Part shown: positions 8,771 to 20,300 of the stretch, one piece after another | Layout of the letters: each line of letters starts with the position of its first letter | Position numbering within the stretch: the stretch's first letter is position 1 | Virus record (IMG/VR): IMGVR_UViG_3300036791_001038 | Coordinates: 1 to 64,000 of that record | Direction: 5' to 3' (one strand) | From: a virus | Length of the DNA stretch: 64,000 nucleotides | The notes under the pieces: model-generated | Seen by the model: only the letters and a program-made list of their open reading frames with translations | Databases searched by the model: none | Told to the model about the DNA's origin: nothing | Program-made: the position numbers and the translations under genes

Positions 8771-8977
8771 ATGCCCTGGTCCGAAGCTGATCGCCGTCGC
8801 AACACCGAGGCCTGCATCCGCAGCACCATCGAGACCAAGCACGATCGCTACGGCTTGCGCCCCCATGAGATCGACCGGGCCGTCAAGCTCGGAGCCGATC
8901 TGGCCGACAAGGACCGCAGCCTCAACTGGGGTCAGATCGCCACCGCCGCCTCCACCGCCATCACCAGCGGTGCGTGA
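8771..8977 (+). CDS. small hypothetical protein
   Basis: ORF with high GC3 within the operon. Confidence 0.65.
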   Translation: MPWSEADRRRNTEACIRSTIETKHDRYGLRPHEIDRAVKLGADLADKDRSLNWGQIATAASTAITSGA

Positions 8978-9137
8978 GCCTCAGGGCCGGGCGCGACGGG
9001 ACAAACGGCGACTCACGGCTGACATCGCCATCGCCGCCAAGAAGGCCGAGACCAGGGATTGCCCGACGTGTGGAGCAGCCGCAGGTGAGCCTTGTACCTC
9101 GCTGGATGGCTCTCCGCATGTAGCGCGAGGAGCCTGA
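8970..9137 (+). CDS. small zinc-finger protein
   Basis: CPTCGAAAGEPC...H-x-A-R, a common actinophage Zn-finger pattern. Confidence 0.6.
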   Translation: MREPQGRARRDKRRLTADIAIAAKKAETRDCPTCGAAAGEPCTSLDGSPHVARGA

Positions 9138-9139
9138 GC

Positions 9140-9283
9140 TTGGACCTGCATGTCTCGATCCGGGTGGCCGACGCCGAGGTGCTGCTGTACATGGCCGAGG
9201 ACGGCGAGGATCCCGAGACCATCGAGGCCGTGGCCAGGGTGCGAGCCGCCATCGCCAACCTCCGGCCGGACGAAGGTGACTAA
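9140..9283 (+). CDS. small hypothetical protein
   Basis: GAGGAG RBS, TTG start. Confidence 0.55.
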   Translation: MDLHVSIRVADAEVLLYMAEDGEDPETIEAVARVRAAIANLRPDEGD

Positions 9284-9476
9284 AGGACCGCTGGGCTACG
9301 GCCGGTACAACGACGACCCCGCCTACATCGGCTGTCCCCGAGCCCAGAGCGACATGACCCCCTGCGTGGCCCGAGACGGGCACCTGGCCGTGGCCGACAG
9401 CGGGGTGTGCGTGGCGTGTGGATCCAACCCCGCCGATCTGCTGGCCGAACTGGTCAGAGCCGTCACCGAACCTTGA
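9276..9476 (+). CDS. small Cys-containing hypothetical protein
   Basis: CPRA..DMTPC.ARDG....CVACG. Confidence 0.65.
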   Translation: MTKGPLGYGRYNDDPAYIGCPRAQSDMTPCVARDGHLAVADSGVCVACGSNPADLLAELVRAVTEP

Positions 9477-9823
9477 GCGCTACTCCCTGCCCTACCTGTC
9501 CCTGGCGCAAGTCCTCGACCGAGGGTGGCTACGACATACCAGGCTTCTCCCTGGAACTGATGAGGGGCCTCTCCAACACCGTCCCTGGCCCTGGGGAGCC
9601 CAAGGACTGGTTCCGGCCCATCATGGCCTGCCACGGCTCTGTGGAGGGCTCAGAGGGCGTCTGCCGGGGCTACGCCTACGTGGAGGGCTGGACCAACCTG
9701 TCCTTCCGGGTCATGGCCATGCGGGGCGAGATCGACCTGGACGAGCTTGACCGGGCCTGCGAGCGCCTCGACCTGTGGCCCAGCTTCGCAGCGATGCTGG
9801 AGGCCTACGAGGAGGCCCGGTAA
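9473..9823 (+). CDS. DUF6283-like protein
   Basis: PCPTCPWR...MACH...CRG motif, TTGA overlap. Confidence 0.65.
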   Translation: MSATPCPTCPWRKSSTEGGYDIPGFSLELMRGLSNTVPGPGEPKDWFRPIMACHGSVEGSEGVCRGYAYVEGWTNLSFRVMAMRGEIDLDELDRACERLDLWPSFAAMLEAYEEAR

Positions 9824-9825
9824 GC

Positions 9826-9930
9826 AGACCGGCCGCCCCCGATCTGAGGGCGGCCGTCTTCGGGTGGACTCCAACCCTCGGGTTGGAAGGACGTTCACCT
9901 CCTCTCGCCCCTTAGAGGGGCTCGGGAGGG
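9826..9930. terminator. hairpin cluster at convergent junction
   Basis: CGGCCGCCC/GGGCGGCCG (9830-9856), TCCAACC/GGTTGGA (9870-9887), GCCCC/GGGGC (about 9907-9921). Confidence 0.6.
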
Positions 9931-9944
9931 CGGCAACAGGGGGA

Positions 9945-10709
9945 TCAGGTGACCGGGGCGGTCCAGGTGGTGGCCCAGGTCTGAGGTCCCACCTTTCCAT
10001 CCACTGTCAGGTGTTTTTCTGTCTGGAACTGCCTACAGATGCTTTCTGAGTCATTTCCGTATATCTGATCCACGGCGATGTTCCAGCCCCTACTCCGCAT
10101 CTTGTTCTGCCAGGTCCGCACATCGGCGTGGGTGTGGTTGTGGCCGAAGGCCGGGCCGAAGTAGTCCACATGCAGCGGTGGCACCACCGAGGGCTTGTTG
10201 GGGACGGGCGGAGGCGGAGCCGGAGGCGCGCCGCCGATGGAGTTCAGGATGGTCTGGCGGCGGTTCTTCCGCAGGTCGCCGGGGCAACTGGTGTGGCCAC
10301 CCCACCCTGAGCCGCCCATGCCGTGCCAGCCAAAGCCGGGCTGGCCGGGAGCCTCACTGAGGACCTTGGCCCACTTGTAGGTGCCGATACCCCACTGGTA
10401 CAGGCGGGCCAGCATGGCCTCCTGAGCGGCCGTGAGGGGCTCGCTGGGTATCCCCTCGGTCTCGACCGAGTTGTAGGTACTGTTCCCACCCGACTGCGCC
10501 CAGGCGCAAAGGTTGGAATCCACGTACTGCTCCAGCACCCCGGTCTTGGACACCCACCAGGTGGAGGAGGCATCCGCGGTGGGGTTGTTGAACCAGCCCG
10601 ACAGGCCGCCGTTGCCGACTTGGACGTGCAGGACCAGGCCCAGATGCGAGCCCATAGCTCCACCGTGATTGCGGACGGGCTTCCATACCGCGAAGGGACA
10701 GACGGTCAT
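9945..10709 (-). CDS. endolysin: N-acetylmuramoyl-L-alanine amidase plus PG-binding domain
   Basis: LVLH, S.TWW.S.TG..EQYV, AW.Q, VETEG, GWH, CPG; Pro linker; C-terminal D.IYG..S...CRQFQ...L.VDG.VGPQTW. Confidence 0.9.
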   Translation of the reverse strand: MTVCPFAVWKPVRNHGGAMGSHLGLVLHVQVGNGGLSGWFNNPTADASSTWWVSKTGVLEQYVDSNLCAWAQSGGNSTYNSVETEGIPSEPLTAAQEAMLARLYQWGIGTYKWAKVLSEAPGQPGFGWHGMGGSGWGGHTSCPGDLRKNRRQTILNSIGGAPPAPPPPVPNKPSVVPPLHVDYFGPAFGHNHTHADVRTWQNKMRSRGWNIAVDQIYGNDSESICRQFQTEKHLTVDGKVGPQTWATTWTAPVT

Positions 10710-10828
10710 GCTTCCTCCACCGGGGGCTGGTCGGGATGGGTCTCTTCGGGCACCTCGGGCTCGTCGGGATGCTCACCGGCAGGCTCATCGCCGCCGTGAT
10801 CGTCCTGGGATGGGGCGGTGTCGGTCAT
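10706..10828 (-). CDS. 40-aa acidic microprotein
   Basis: MTDTAPSQDD...VEEA*. ATGA overlaps at both ends, AAGGAGAGG RBS. Confidence 0.6.
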   Translation of the reverse strand: MTDTAPSQDDHGGDEPAGEHPDEPEVPEETHPDQPPVEEA

Positions 10829-11064
10829 GCCTCTCCTTCGGGTGCAGGCTCGGTTACTGGGGCTGGCTCGGGTCCTGCCGGGGTGGGCTCGGCTGTCTCC
10901 TCGGCTCCGGCGTCGATCCCGTACACCGGTTCGGCGGTGGCCGCAGGGCCGGGGTTCTCCACCGGTCGGGCTCCGGGGGGCTGCGTCGAGGGATCTATGG
11001 GCGGGGCTTCGGTCTCCGCTACGTCGCTGGGATCGTCTGGGGGTGCTGGATCGGTATCAGTCAT
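10825..11064 (-). CDS. 79-aa acidic Pro-rich protein
   Basis: MTDTDPAPP...EGEA*, coupled to the next ORF. Confidence 0.6.
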   Translation of the reverse strand: MTDTDPAPPDDPSDVAETEAPPIDPSTQPPGARPVENPGPAATAEPVYGIDAGAEETAEPTPAGPEPAPVTEPAPEGEA

Positions 11065-11098
11065 GGGGTTATCTTGGTGCTTTGGCTGGAGGTTCGCA

Positions 11099-11287
11099 AT
11101 GACCAAATGGCTTATTCGCGATGAAGGCACCGGCACTGTGGATGTGCTGAAGGATCGCAAGAGCTTTGCTTATGACCTTGATGATGTGGATGAGGCTGTC
11201 GCTCATATCAAGCATCATCGATACTATGACAAGGAGGATAAGATCGAGGTGGTCGAGCCCGACGGCTATCGCCATCGCCTGTCCTGA
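11099..11287 (+). CDS. small hypothetical protein
   Basis: GGAGG RBS. MTKWLIRDEG... Confidence 0.7.
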   Translation: MTKWLIRDEGTGTVDVLKDRKSFAYDLDDVDEAVAHIKHHRYYDKEDKIEVVEPDGYRHRLS

Positions 11288-11313
11288 ACCGAGCCAGAGC
11301 CTCGAAGGGGTGA
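11278..11313 (+). promoter_or_regulatory. putative late promoter motif copy 1
   Basis: CCTGTC-N20-GAAGGGGTGA. Confidence 0.7.
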
Positions 11314-11322
11314 GGTGACCCC

Positions 11323-14300
11323 GTGATCAAGTACGCCAGCCTGGAGATCCTCTCCTCCGAGTACGGCGGCGACGGCCCCATCCGCCGTCAGGCCCATCGC
11401 GCCGACTTCGCCTACGACCCCCGACCCGGCTTTCTCTACGTCCGGTCGCGGGCCATCTCCTCGCGAGTCAACGACAACTACGACGGGTTCCCTGCCGAGG
11501 AGATCGAGAAGGGTTACAAGTCCTTCATCGGCAAGCCTGTGTTCGTAAATCACGTCAATGACGACCACCGCCGGGCCAGGGGAGTGGTCATCGCGGCGGC
11601 TCTGCACCACGATGTCAATCCTAATGGTACGCCTGATACCTGGTGTGAAGTACTGATGGAAGTCGATGCTCATCGCTTCCCTAAGCTGGCTCAAGCTATT
11701 GTCCAGGGTCATATTGACAAGACATCGATGGGTGTAGACGTTGAGTATTCCATATGTTCAGCCTGTGGTAATAAGGCTACATCTCCTGCTGAATACTGTC
11801 GTCATATCCCACAACTCAAGGGCAGCAAGATTGTCAGGAGGAATGCAAAGACCGGTAGACCAGAGGAGACTTTGATCTATGAGACGTGCTATGGATTGAG
11901 TTTCTTCGAGAATAGTCTGCTCGTAGAAGATCCCGCCGATCCGACAGCATTTTTCCTTGGAGTTGACAAGCGTGGATTAGATATGAGTCCACACCACGCC
12001 TCGAAGGATCTGGTCGATCAAGCTCCAGGAGACGCCATAGTACATGGCCAGTTCAGCCCTGGTCAAAGAACTGGTTCGAATCTCGCGAACTTCGTCCTCG
12101 GTGAGCTTGGCGCGCCCATGCCAGATACCTCTGGATTGGCGGTCACGGGCGATCTTGTCGGCCATGTTGTCGATGTGGGTACCGACCACCCAGTGGGCGG
12201 GATTCTGGCAAGGCGGGTTGTCGCAGGTATGGCGGACGAACAGCCCATCTGGGATCGGGCCGACCAACTGTTCGTAACCGAAGCGATGGGCATAGGTCGA
12301 GCGACCGTTGACTCGGAGAGCGCCATATCCCTTGTTGGTGCAGCCCCAGGTCCAGGGCCAGCAGGCGTCAGGACCGCCGGAGCGATCAATCCTGGAGAGG
12401 TACCGCTCCATGTCGCCCACGATGACCAGCTTAAACGGTCTGGCCTGGGAGCCTTCGTGGCCAGTTCAGATGAAGAAGGCCCCCGCACCGGCCAGTTCGG
12501 GGACGATCATGCCCTGGTCAATGTCCACCAGGTCAAGTCGCGGCCCAACACCTACTACCTGCACAACCTGTGGGTGAACCCTGATCACCGCGATAAGGGC
12601 ATCGGCTCTCGTCTGATGAAGAGCATCACCGACGAGCATGATGCCAACGGCTCCACGCTGGCCTTGCACACTGATCAGCCTCGATTACAGGAATGGTACA
12701 AAGGCATGGGATTCGAGCCCAAGGAGCGTGATGTCTTCGGCCAGGTGATGGAGCGTCCACCGAGGACGGCTGGACTCAGAGCCTTCGTGGCCGCCAGTTC
12801 AGATGAAGACGACGACCTGTCCACCAAAAGCCCGGCCGAGATCGACGCCCGCCTGGGCGATCACCATACGAAGCTGTATGGCCACCAGGGTCGCCAGGCG
12901 TCGGCCCTGGAGCAGATGCACCACGCCGTGGGGGATCGCCAACAGGGCCGGGGCCAGGGCAAGTTCTGGCAGAAGTCCCACCAGGAGGTCCTCAACCACG
13001 ATCCCTCCACCCTCACCAACCCTCGCCTGGCCCGCGACTACGCCCGCAACCGGACGGCCTATGACTCGGCCGGGGAGGACGCCAAGACCGAGCAGGGCCA
13101 CATCAGCCGCTATGACAACGAGTTCCACAAGCGGGGTGGCTGGTCGAGGTTTTTTCTGGTCCCCGATGGACATATCCACTCCTCGATGCAATGCCACTCC
13201 TGTCGGCCCACCACTCCCTTTAGCTGGTTGCCCAACCTGTCCGGCAAGTCTGAGGGCGAGGCCGTTGAGCAGCACGGCCCGCACCTCTGCACCCATTGCT
13301 TCAAGTCCGCTCCCACCGAGTGGAAGCGGGATCCGGCCGAGACGCGCGCCGAGGAGAAGAAGAAGTCGGGTGAGTATTGCGAGGGCGGCAAGGCCAGCAG
13401 CTACCCCGACGCCGAGGAGCGCGCCCGGCGCAAGGCCACCCATCCGCAAGGCAAGGTCAAGCTAGAGCCCGGCGAGGCCATGTACACCGGCCAGCGGGGT
13501 GGCTACCAGGGCCGTTGCCCCACCTGCAAGACCATCCAAAAGGTCAAGAACTCCGGCGAGTTCTACCAGCACAAGCCGCCCGAGGTACCCAAGGAGGAGA
13601 AGCCCAAGGTCGAGCGGCCGGTGCTACCTGATCCTGGTAAGGGGCTCAAGACCCATCTGCGGCAGAAGCATCAGATGAATACCCATGATTTCGACTCGTA
13701 CCAGCAGTATCAACCGGATAAATCGCTGGATCAGATCCATAGTGATCTGCATGAGAAATACGATAACAATCAGCATGCACCGAACAATCACACCCATGGT
13801 GGGTCTGCGCCGCCTGCCACCACGGTCATGACCCCGCCCAGGGAAGGCTCCAGGAGGGGCCTAAGAGCCTTTGTAGGGGCTGATGCCTCGGGGATAACGG
13901 TGGCCGGTCTCGCGGTGGTGGCCCGCGACACCGGCCGGGTGCTGATGCTGCAGCGCCTGCTCGATGGTAAGGATCCGGCCGGGGGTACCTGGGAATGGCC
14001 AGGCGGTCATATCGGTCAGGACGAATCACCTATCGAGGGAGCCATCCGCGAGTGGAAGGAAGAAGTCGGTCAGCATCTCCCTGAGGGCCATGTAGGGGGC
14101 TCCTGGGACTCCAAGGGGATGTATCAGGGATTCGTGTACGTCATCCCCTCTGAGGACGACATCGAGGTCTACAGCGGCAAGCGACCGGTCACCAATCCCG
14201 ATGATCCCAAGGGCGACAATCCCGAAGCCGTGGCCTGGTGGGATCCCAAGGACCTGCCCGACATGCCCGCTCTGCGCCCTGAGTGCAAGACCACCGACTG

Positions 14301-17300
14301 GTCGCTGTTCAAGCCCGCTGCTATTGCGAAGGTGGCCGTCGAGGAGAAGCCCTCAGAGCCCTGGTATCACAGCGCCGACGACTATGAGGGCGCAGTAGGT
14401 GACCGTACTCATATCACCCGTAATGTGCAGATGGATCTACCCACCCATCTGGTCGCTCATATGCCCGGTGTGATGGATGAGCGTCCTGGCGAACACCGTA
14501 ACATGCAAGGTGATAAGTGGGAGGACTTCAAGAATGACATCTCTGCCAACGGCATCAAAAACCCGCTCTTTATCACGGTGGATCACGGCCAGCGACCCAG
14601 GCTGTCTGAGGGCAACCACCGCAGAGACGCGGCGATTGAGCTAGGCCTCAAGCACGTCCCGGCCCAGGTGCGCTACTACGGTCACGCCGAGCGGGACAGC
14701 GACCTGGAGGACCAGGCCCGCAAGTGGTGGACCCACAATCCCCAGCATCTGCCCAGAACCTCGGCTAGAGCGTCCAGGATCAAATGGGATCAGGTCGAAC
14801 AGGATTACGAACATTCAGGACCGAGTGATTACGGAGGTGCTTACTGGATAACCCCCTCCGGTAAGAACTTGAATGTCGGTGAATACCATTCCAATCTCTT
14901 CAAACATCCGGCCGTTGGTTACAATCCGAATGCTAAGCCGGAGTATGCCGATGAGGATTCCCGTCATGTGCTGGCTCAGGGTGGGGTGCGGATCATGCAT
15001 CTGCCCAACTCCGCCTATGGCAATCGCATAGCCGTCGAGCATCACCATCCTCTCACCGAGGGCCAACAGAAGACCCTGATCAGCTTCGTGCATCGCTCCC
15101 ATCCTGATTCCCTGGACTATGACGGCCCGAATGGCTATCGGCAGTTCGACTTTCCCACTGGGGCCGATGTCCGTAAGCATCTGTCCAAAGAGGCCGCCTA
15201 CGACCTCCTCGGTCCAGGCAAAGGCCACTACTTCGAGCCGGTGGAGGAGGGCAGCGACTGGTGCGCCGTCTGCGGTCACGATCGCCGGGTGACCAAGCAT
15301 CCCCTGCCCAAGCAAGCGGCCGCCGAGCGTCAATATCTCTATCACACTTCTCCCGTTCATAATCGAGCGAGTATTACCGAGAAGGGTCTGCTTCCTAATC
15401 AACCAGGTCATGAAGACGAACCTGAGCTTCCTAAGGGAGTCTATCTTGACTCTGATGAAAAGATGGCTCTCGATACCGGTAATGATTATGGAGAAGATGT
15501 ATGGAAGGTGGATGTCACTGGATTAAAACATCATGTTGATCCTTATTGGGAGGGAGTTGCTCATCGACCTAATACCAGTCATTACGTCAAAGGAGCCATC
15601 CCACCTCATCGTGTGACTCTACACCGGCCTGCATCATGGCATGAATGCTCTGATAAGTCTTGTCACCTTGCAAGGATCGGGCTGCGGGCCTTTGTGGCGC
15701 TGGTGGTCCCCAAGACCTTCTTTCATGGCACCACTGAAGAACTGCAGCCTGGAGATGTCCTGCATCCCGGCAATGAGATGGGGCTGAAGACACACCCTCA
15801 ACTGCACAAGTGGCGGGGGGATCATGTCTGGGCCACCCCCGAGGAGGCCGGGGCCTGGGGCTACTCCGAGCAGGCCGAAACCAGCCGGGGCACCCACCAC
15901 GTTTATGGACCAACGGTCGGTGATCGCCCCCGGCCTCGGGTCTATGAGGTCGAGCCCATGGGACCGGTGCAGAAGCGCCGTCGTCTGAGTCCCTTCGACC
16001 CCGAAGAATACACCATGCCCTCGGCCAGGGTCCTGCGCTCCATCGACATCCCCCACCCCGAGGTGCCGTTACCCACTCAGGGCAAGCCCTCCGGTGGGGG
16101 TATGCAGGGTCGTCTCCCCGGCGAGAAGAGTTGGGAGAACTGGAAGACCCTGGAGCCCGACGCGGCCGATCTCTCCGAGCATTGGGAACTGTCCCGGCGT
16201 CGTCATCCAGAGGCCTGGGCGGCGGGTGATAAGGAAGAGCCAGCCCCAGAGACCGATGAGCATCAGCAGAAGCTCTTCGCGGCTCGAATGGCCGCGCTCC
16301 GGGCCTTCATAGCCGTCAACAGTTCAGATGAAGTACCGCCACCCATGGGGGAGTCGCCCATCCCCGAGGGCCATGTGCGGCTGTTCCACCAGACCTCGGT
16401 GAAGCAGGCCGAGTCGGTGCGCCAGCACGGGCTGACCATGGAGCATGCTCGCGATGTCAGCGGGCCACGCGGCGTCTGGGCCAGTCATGGCACCCGTTTC
16501 TACGGCGAAGGCGATGAGCATGCCACCGTGGAGTTCCACGTCCCTTACGACGAGCTACGCGACACGGCCGGAGGTCAGTCCCCGCATCGGCATCAGCCTC
16601 AGGAGGACTGGGAGAAGAGTACTCACCACACCCTGATTATCCCCCGCTCTATCAAGCCGCATGAGATCTCCGCTATCCATCTGCCCTGGCACAATCGTTA
16701 TCACTACTTCCATGACAACGGCATGACTGATGATGTGAAGAAGGGTGAGTACGACAACCTGTCCGACATGAAGGACTACGGCCCGGCCATCGACAAGATC
16801 AAGCACGAAGCTCTGCGTCATTTGGCCATGCAAGCCGAGGACGAGGTACCGCCCCGGCTCGGGACCGCGCCCATCCCCGAGGACCACGTCCGGCTCTACC
16901 ACCACACCTGGTCAAGGAACGTTCCCGGCATCCGGGAGCATGGCCTGCTGGCCGAGATGGGCCAGGGCGACAGCGGCAAGGGCTACGGCAACGAGGCATC
17001 AGCGGGGGTATGGGCCGCCAGTCAGCATCCCGAGCCTGATCCCCAGAGTGACCGGCATGTGATCGAGTTCCACGCCCATCCAAGAGAGATCGATGTCAAC
17101 GGCCCCTCTCCTGGCCAGGACATCCATAAATGGCAGCAGGGCGATCACAACGTCCTGATGCGGGGCAGTGTGCCGAAAGAGAACATCCTGGCTATTCACG
17201 CCCCTTGGCATACCGCTTATCATCAGATCTCCGAGGATGCCCGCGACCGGGAGGATGTGAAAGGCGGCAAGCTGGACTGGGTCCACAACGATCCCAGCAT

Positions 17301-20300
17301 GAAGGAGATCAGCAAGGCCGTCCACAAGATCCAGTCCGAAGCCAAGAAGACCCGCAACACCGAGAAGCCTCAGCAATGCAACTGGTGCAAGCAGCCCGCC
17401 ACCAAGTCCATGCTGTGGGCCGAGGGTATGGGGTACATCCCCACCTGTGACAAGCATGAGGCAAAGACCCGTGACCACATCGAGAACACCAATGATGACG
17501 AGGTCGTTGCCATCCACCAGATCAAGCAGGGAGCCAAGCAGCCCTATATCGGCAAGGGCTGGTGGCTGACGCCCGAGGGCAAGAAGATCGGGGTCTACGA
17601 CCACTACGAGACCACTCCGGGGATGGCCCGGCAGATGATTCGTCCTCACATGGCCGAGAGTGGTCAGGTCCGGGTCCGTAGCTTCAACAATCAACTCAAC
17701 GTGCAAACGTCGCGGCCGTTCACCGATGCTCAGCGCCAGAGCTTGCTGCTGGATGCCGATAAGCATTCCCGCATGTTCGTGGACGTGCTACACCCCGACA
17801 CCGAGGAGTCCATCCACTCCGAGTCCGGTGGCCCCGAGGACGCCGATCGCATGCTGGCCCGAGCCCACCGGGCCGCCATACCCCACACGGCCGCCCTGAC
17901 TCTCCTGGCCGATCAGCCCTACGCCGGAGGTCACACCTTCCAGTTCATCAAGGCCACCCCCAAGGTGATGGGTGGTAGCTCCCTGCACGAACTGCGGGCC
18001 TATCCCGAGGGCGAGTCCAAGCGCTACTCCGGGTCGCTGCGATGGTCATACAAGTCTGGTGAGATTGCCGGTATCGACGTGGACAAGGACCAGCAGCGTC
18101 AGGGCCTGGCCACCGAGCTACTGGGCCGGGCACGCGATATCGCCGCCACCACCCGAGGGGTGATCGCTCCCAAGCACTCCGATCAACGCACCAACGAGGG
18201 AGAGGCTTGGGCGCGCTCGACCGGCGATCGGCTGCCCCGGCGGCTCACCGGACTGGGGGTGTTCGTGGCCGCTTTTGGACAACCACAGCTATTCGATCCC
18301 GGTAGTGGTGGCCATGAGCATCTACCCAATCCTCGGGGTGGGCTGGACTGGCATCACGGCACTCCGCATCACTTCGAGAGCTTCGAGGAGGAGCGCCCGG
18401 AAGAAGACGATCCCTATGGCGGGTATGACTTCGAGACCGGCGAGAAGTTCAAGCAGCCCCATTGGAACACCCACCTGGGCCAGCACTGGACCTCCCTGCC
18501 GGGCGTGGCCGAGCATTTCGCCAAGGGCCAGTACGGTCAGTATGGGGAAGGCAAGGGTCATGTCATCACCGCTAACCTGGGCGTAAAGCACCCCAAGGAC
18601 TACAAGCTCGAATCCCACATGGACAAGGAGGCCTTCGAGCATGCCTGGGACGGGCATGATCCCCACGATTACCACGATGAGTTCTGCCATAACCCGGAGC
18701 ATCGAGACGACCCCGACGAGGAGCATTTCGATGACGAGCCCTACCACTACAACGACCAGCATGAGCGCGGCGACGAGGTGGACCGCCAGGTCCAGGCCCG
18801 CTACCGGGACCGGGAGCAGCAGGGCGAGTGGCTGAGCCAGCATCCCGACTCGGGCTCCCTGGCCGAGAGCTTCAAGGACAAGGTCCGCCAGGAGGGTCAT
18901 GACGGCATCACCTACGGCAACGAGCTAGAGGGGCCGCACGGCCACCAGTGCGCCATCACCTTCGATGAGCATCAGATCCACAACCCCCGCCGCCGGGCTC
19001 TGGGCAAGCTGGCGGTCGAGGACTACGACACCCTGTACCACATCACCGATCAGCACCACTTCGCCCTGGACCCTGAGCATGCCCCCCAGGACAACGCCTT
19101 CGCCATCCAGGACCGCTCCCACTACAAGGGCCTATACGCGACCAAAGACCCTGACACCTGGCGGGCGCAGGGCTACCACCGGCCTTACGTGGCCGAACTG
19201 CACGTCCCCCATGGGCTGGCCCAGCAGGAGCGCTGGCACGGGGAGAGCTTCATTCCGGCCGAGCATTTCGACAAGGTCAAGGTCAACCGGGTCATCCCCT
19301 TCGATGCTCATCAGCGTGAGAAGTGGGGTGAGCCCGGCACCATCGAGAGCTACCACGGCACCCACTACCAGACCAACCAGCCGCTCAAGAAGAAGCCGGG
19401 CTGGGAGTCATCGGACTACTACGAGGCGGATGAGAACGAGCCTGCAACCAAGGACGTGCGCGACTTCACCCCGAAGGAACACACCCGTCATCTCAAGCGG
19501 CTGCGCGAGTACCTGCACCACGTCCAGGGTTGGGGCTGGAACGAGTTCAACCAGAAGCATGAGCATGTCGGCATAGGCGAGGACGAACAAGACGAAGAGG
19601 GCATGCCCATCCGGCGGGACCAGAAGGGCCAGCCCATGACCCGAGATCGCTATGCAGCCAAGACCGGGCCGATCTACTACCACGGCCATGGCCGGGGAGG
19701 AGCCCGAGCCGCGACCGGCGATCCCGAGTGGGACGACAACCTCTTCGTCAGCCACGATCCCGAGGTGGCCAAGCTGTACGGCCCCAAGCTGGATCGCATC
19801 CAGATGGCCCCCGACACCAAGGTGGCCCGCCATGAACACTGGCTGGGCGCGCAGAGGCCTGACATTGCCCTCAATCTCCTGCGTAAGGCCAAGGCTAAGA
19901 ACGCCGATGTGATCGAGTTCCACAAGCCTCATGACTTCGTCGGTCACATCATCCTGAACAAGGACAAGATCGTCAGCCGGGAGCCCTATGATCCCGGTCA
20001 TACCGCCATGGCCGATCGAGGCGACTACGGCATGGAGCATTCCCCCCACCTGGAGGGACCGGCCTTGCACGAACTGGGGCACAGCTATCCCGACATCTAC
20101 GACCATCCCGAGTACTACGGCTCCATGCATGAACGGCCCGGCCGGGAGTCAGCCCGCGCCCTGAAGAGGGCCAAGGGCATCGGCCCCGACGACCAGGTCA
20201 GCATCTACCGGGCCGCTCCGCACGGGGTCACCACCTTCAACCACGGCGACTGGGTCACCCTCTCCCCCAGCTACGCCCAGCAGCACAGCCGCCACCCCAC

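Noticed and set aside
12070-12090. GGTTCGAATC T-loop-like sequence suggesting a tRNA
   Set aside because: It lies within two overlapping CDSs and has no cloverleaf context.
11977-12420. Group I intron carrying the HNH
   Set aside because: The HNH is antisense to the host gene, there is no flanking room for an intron core, and the host frame is open without splicing.
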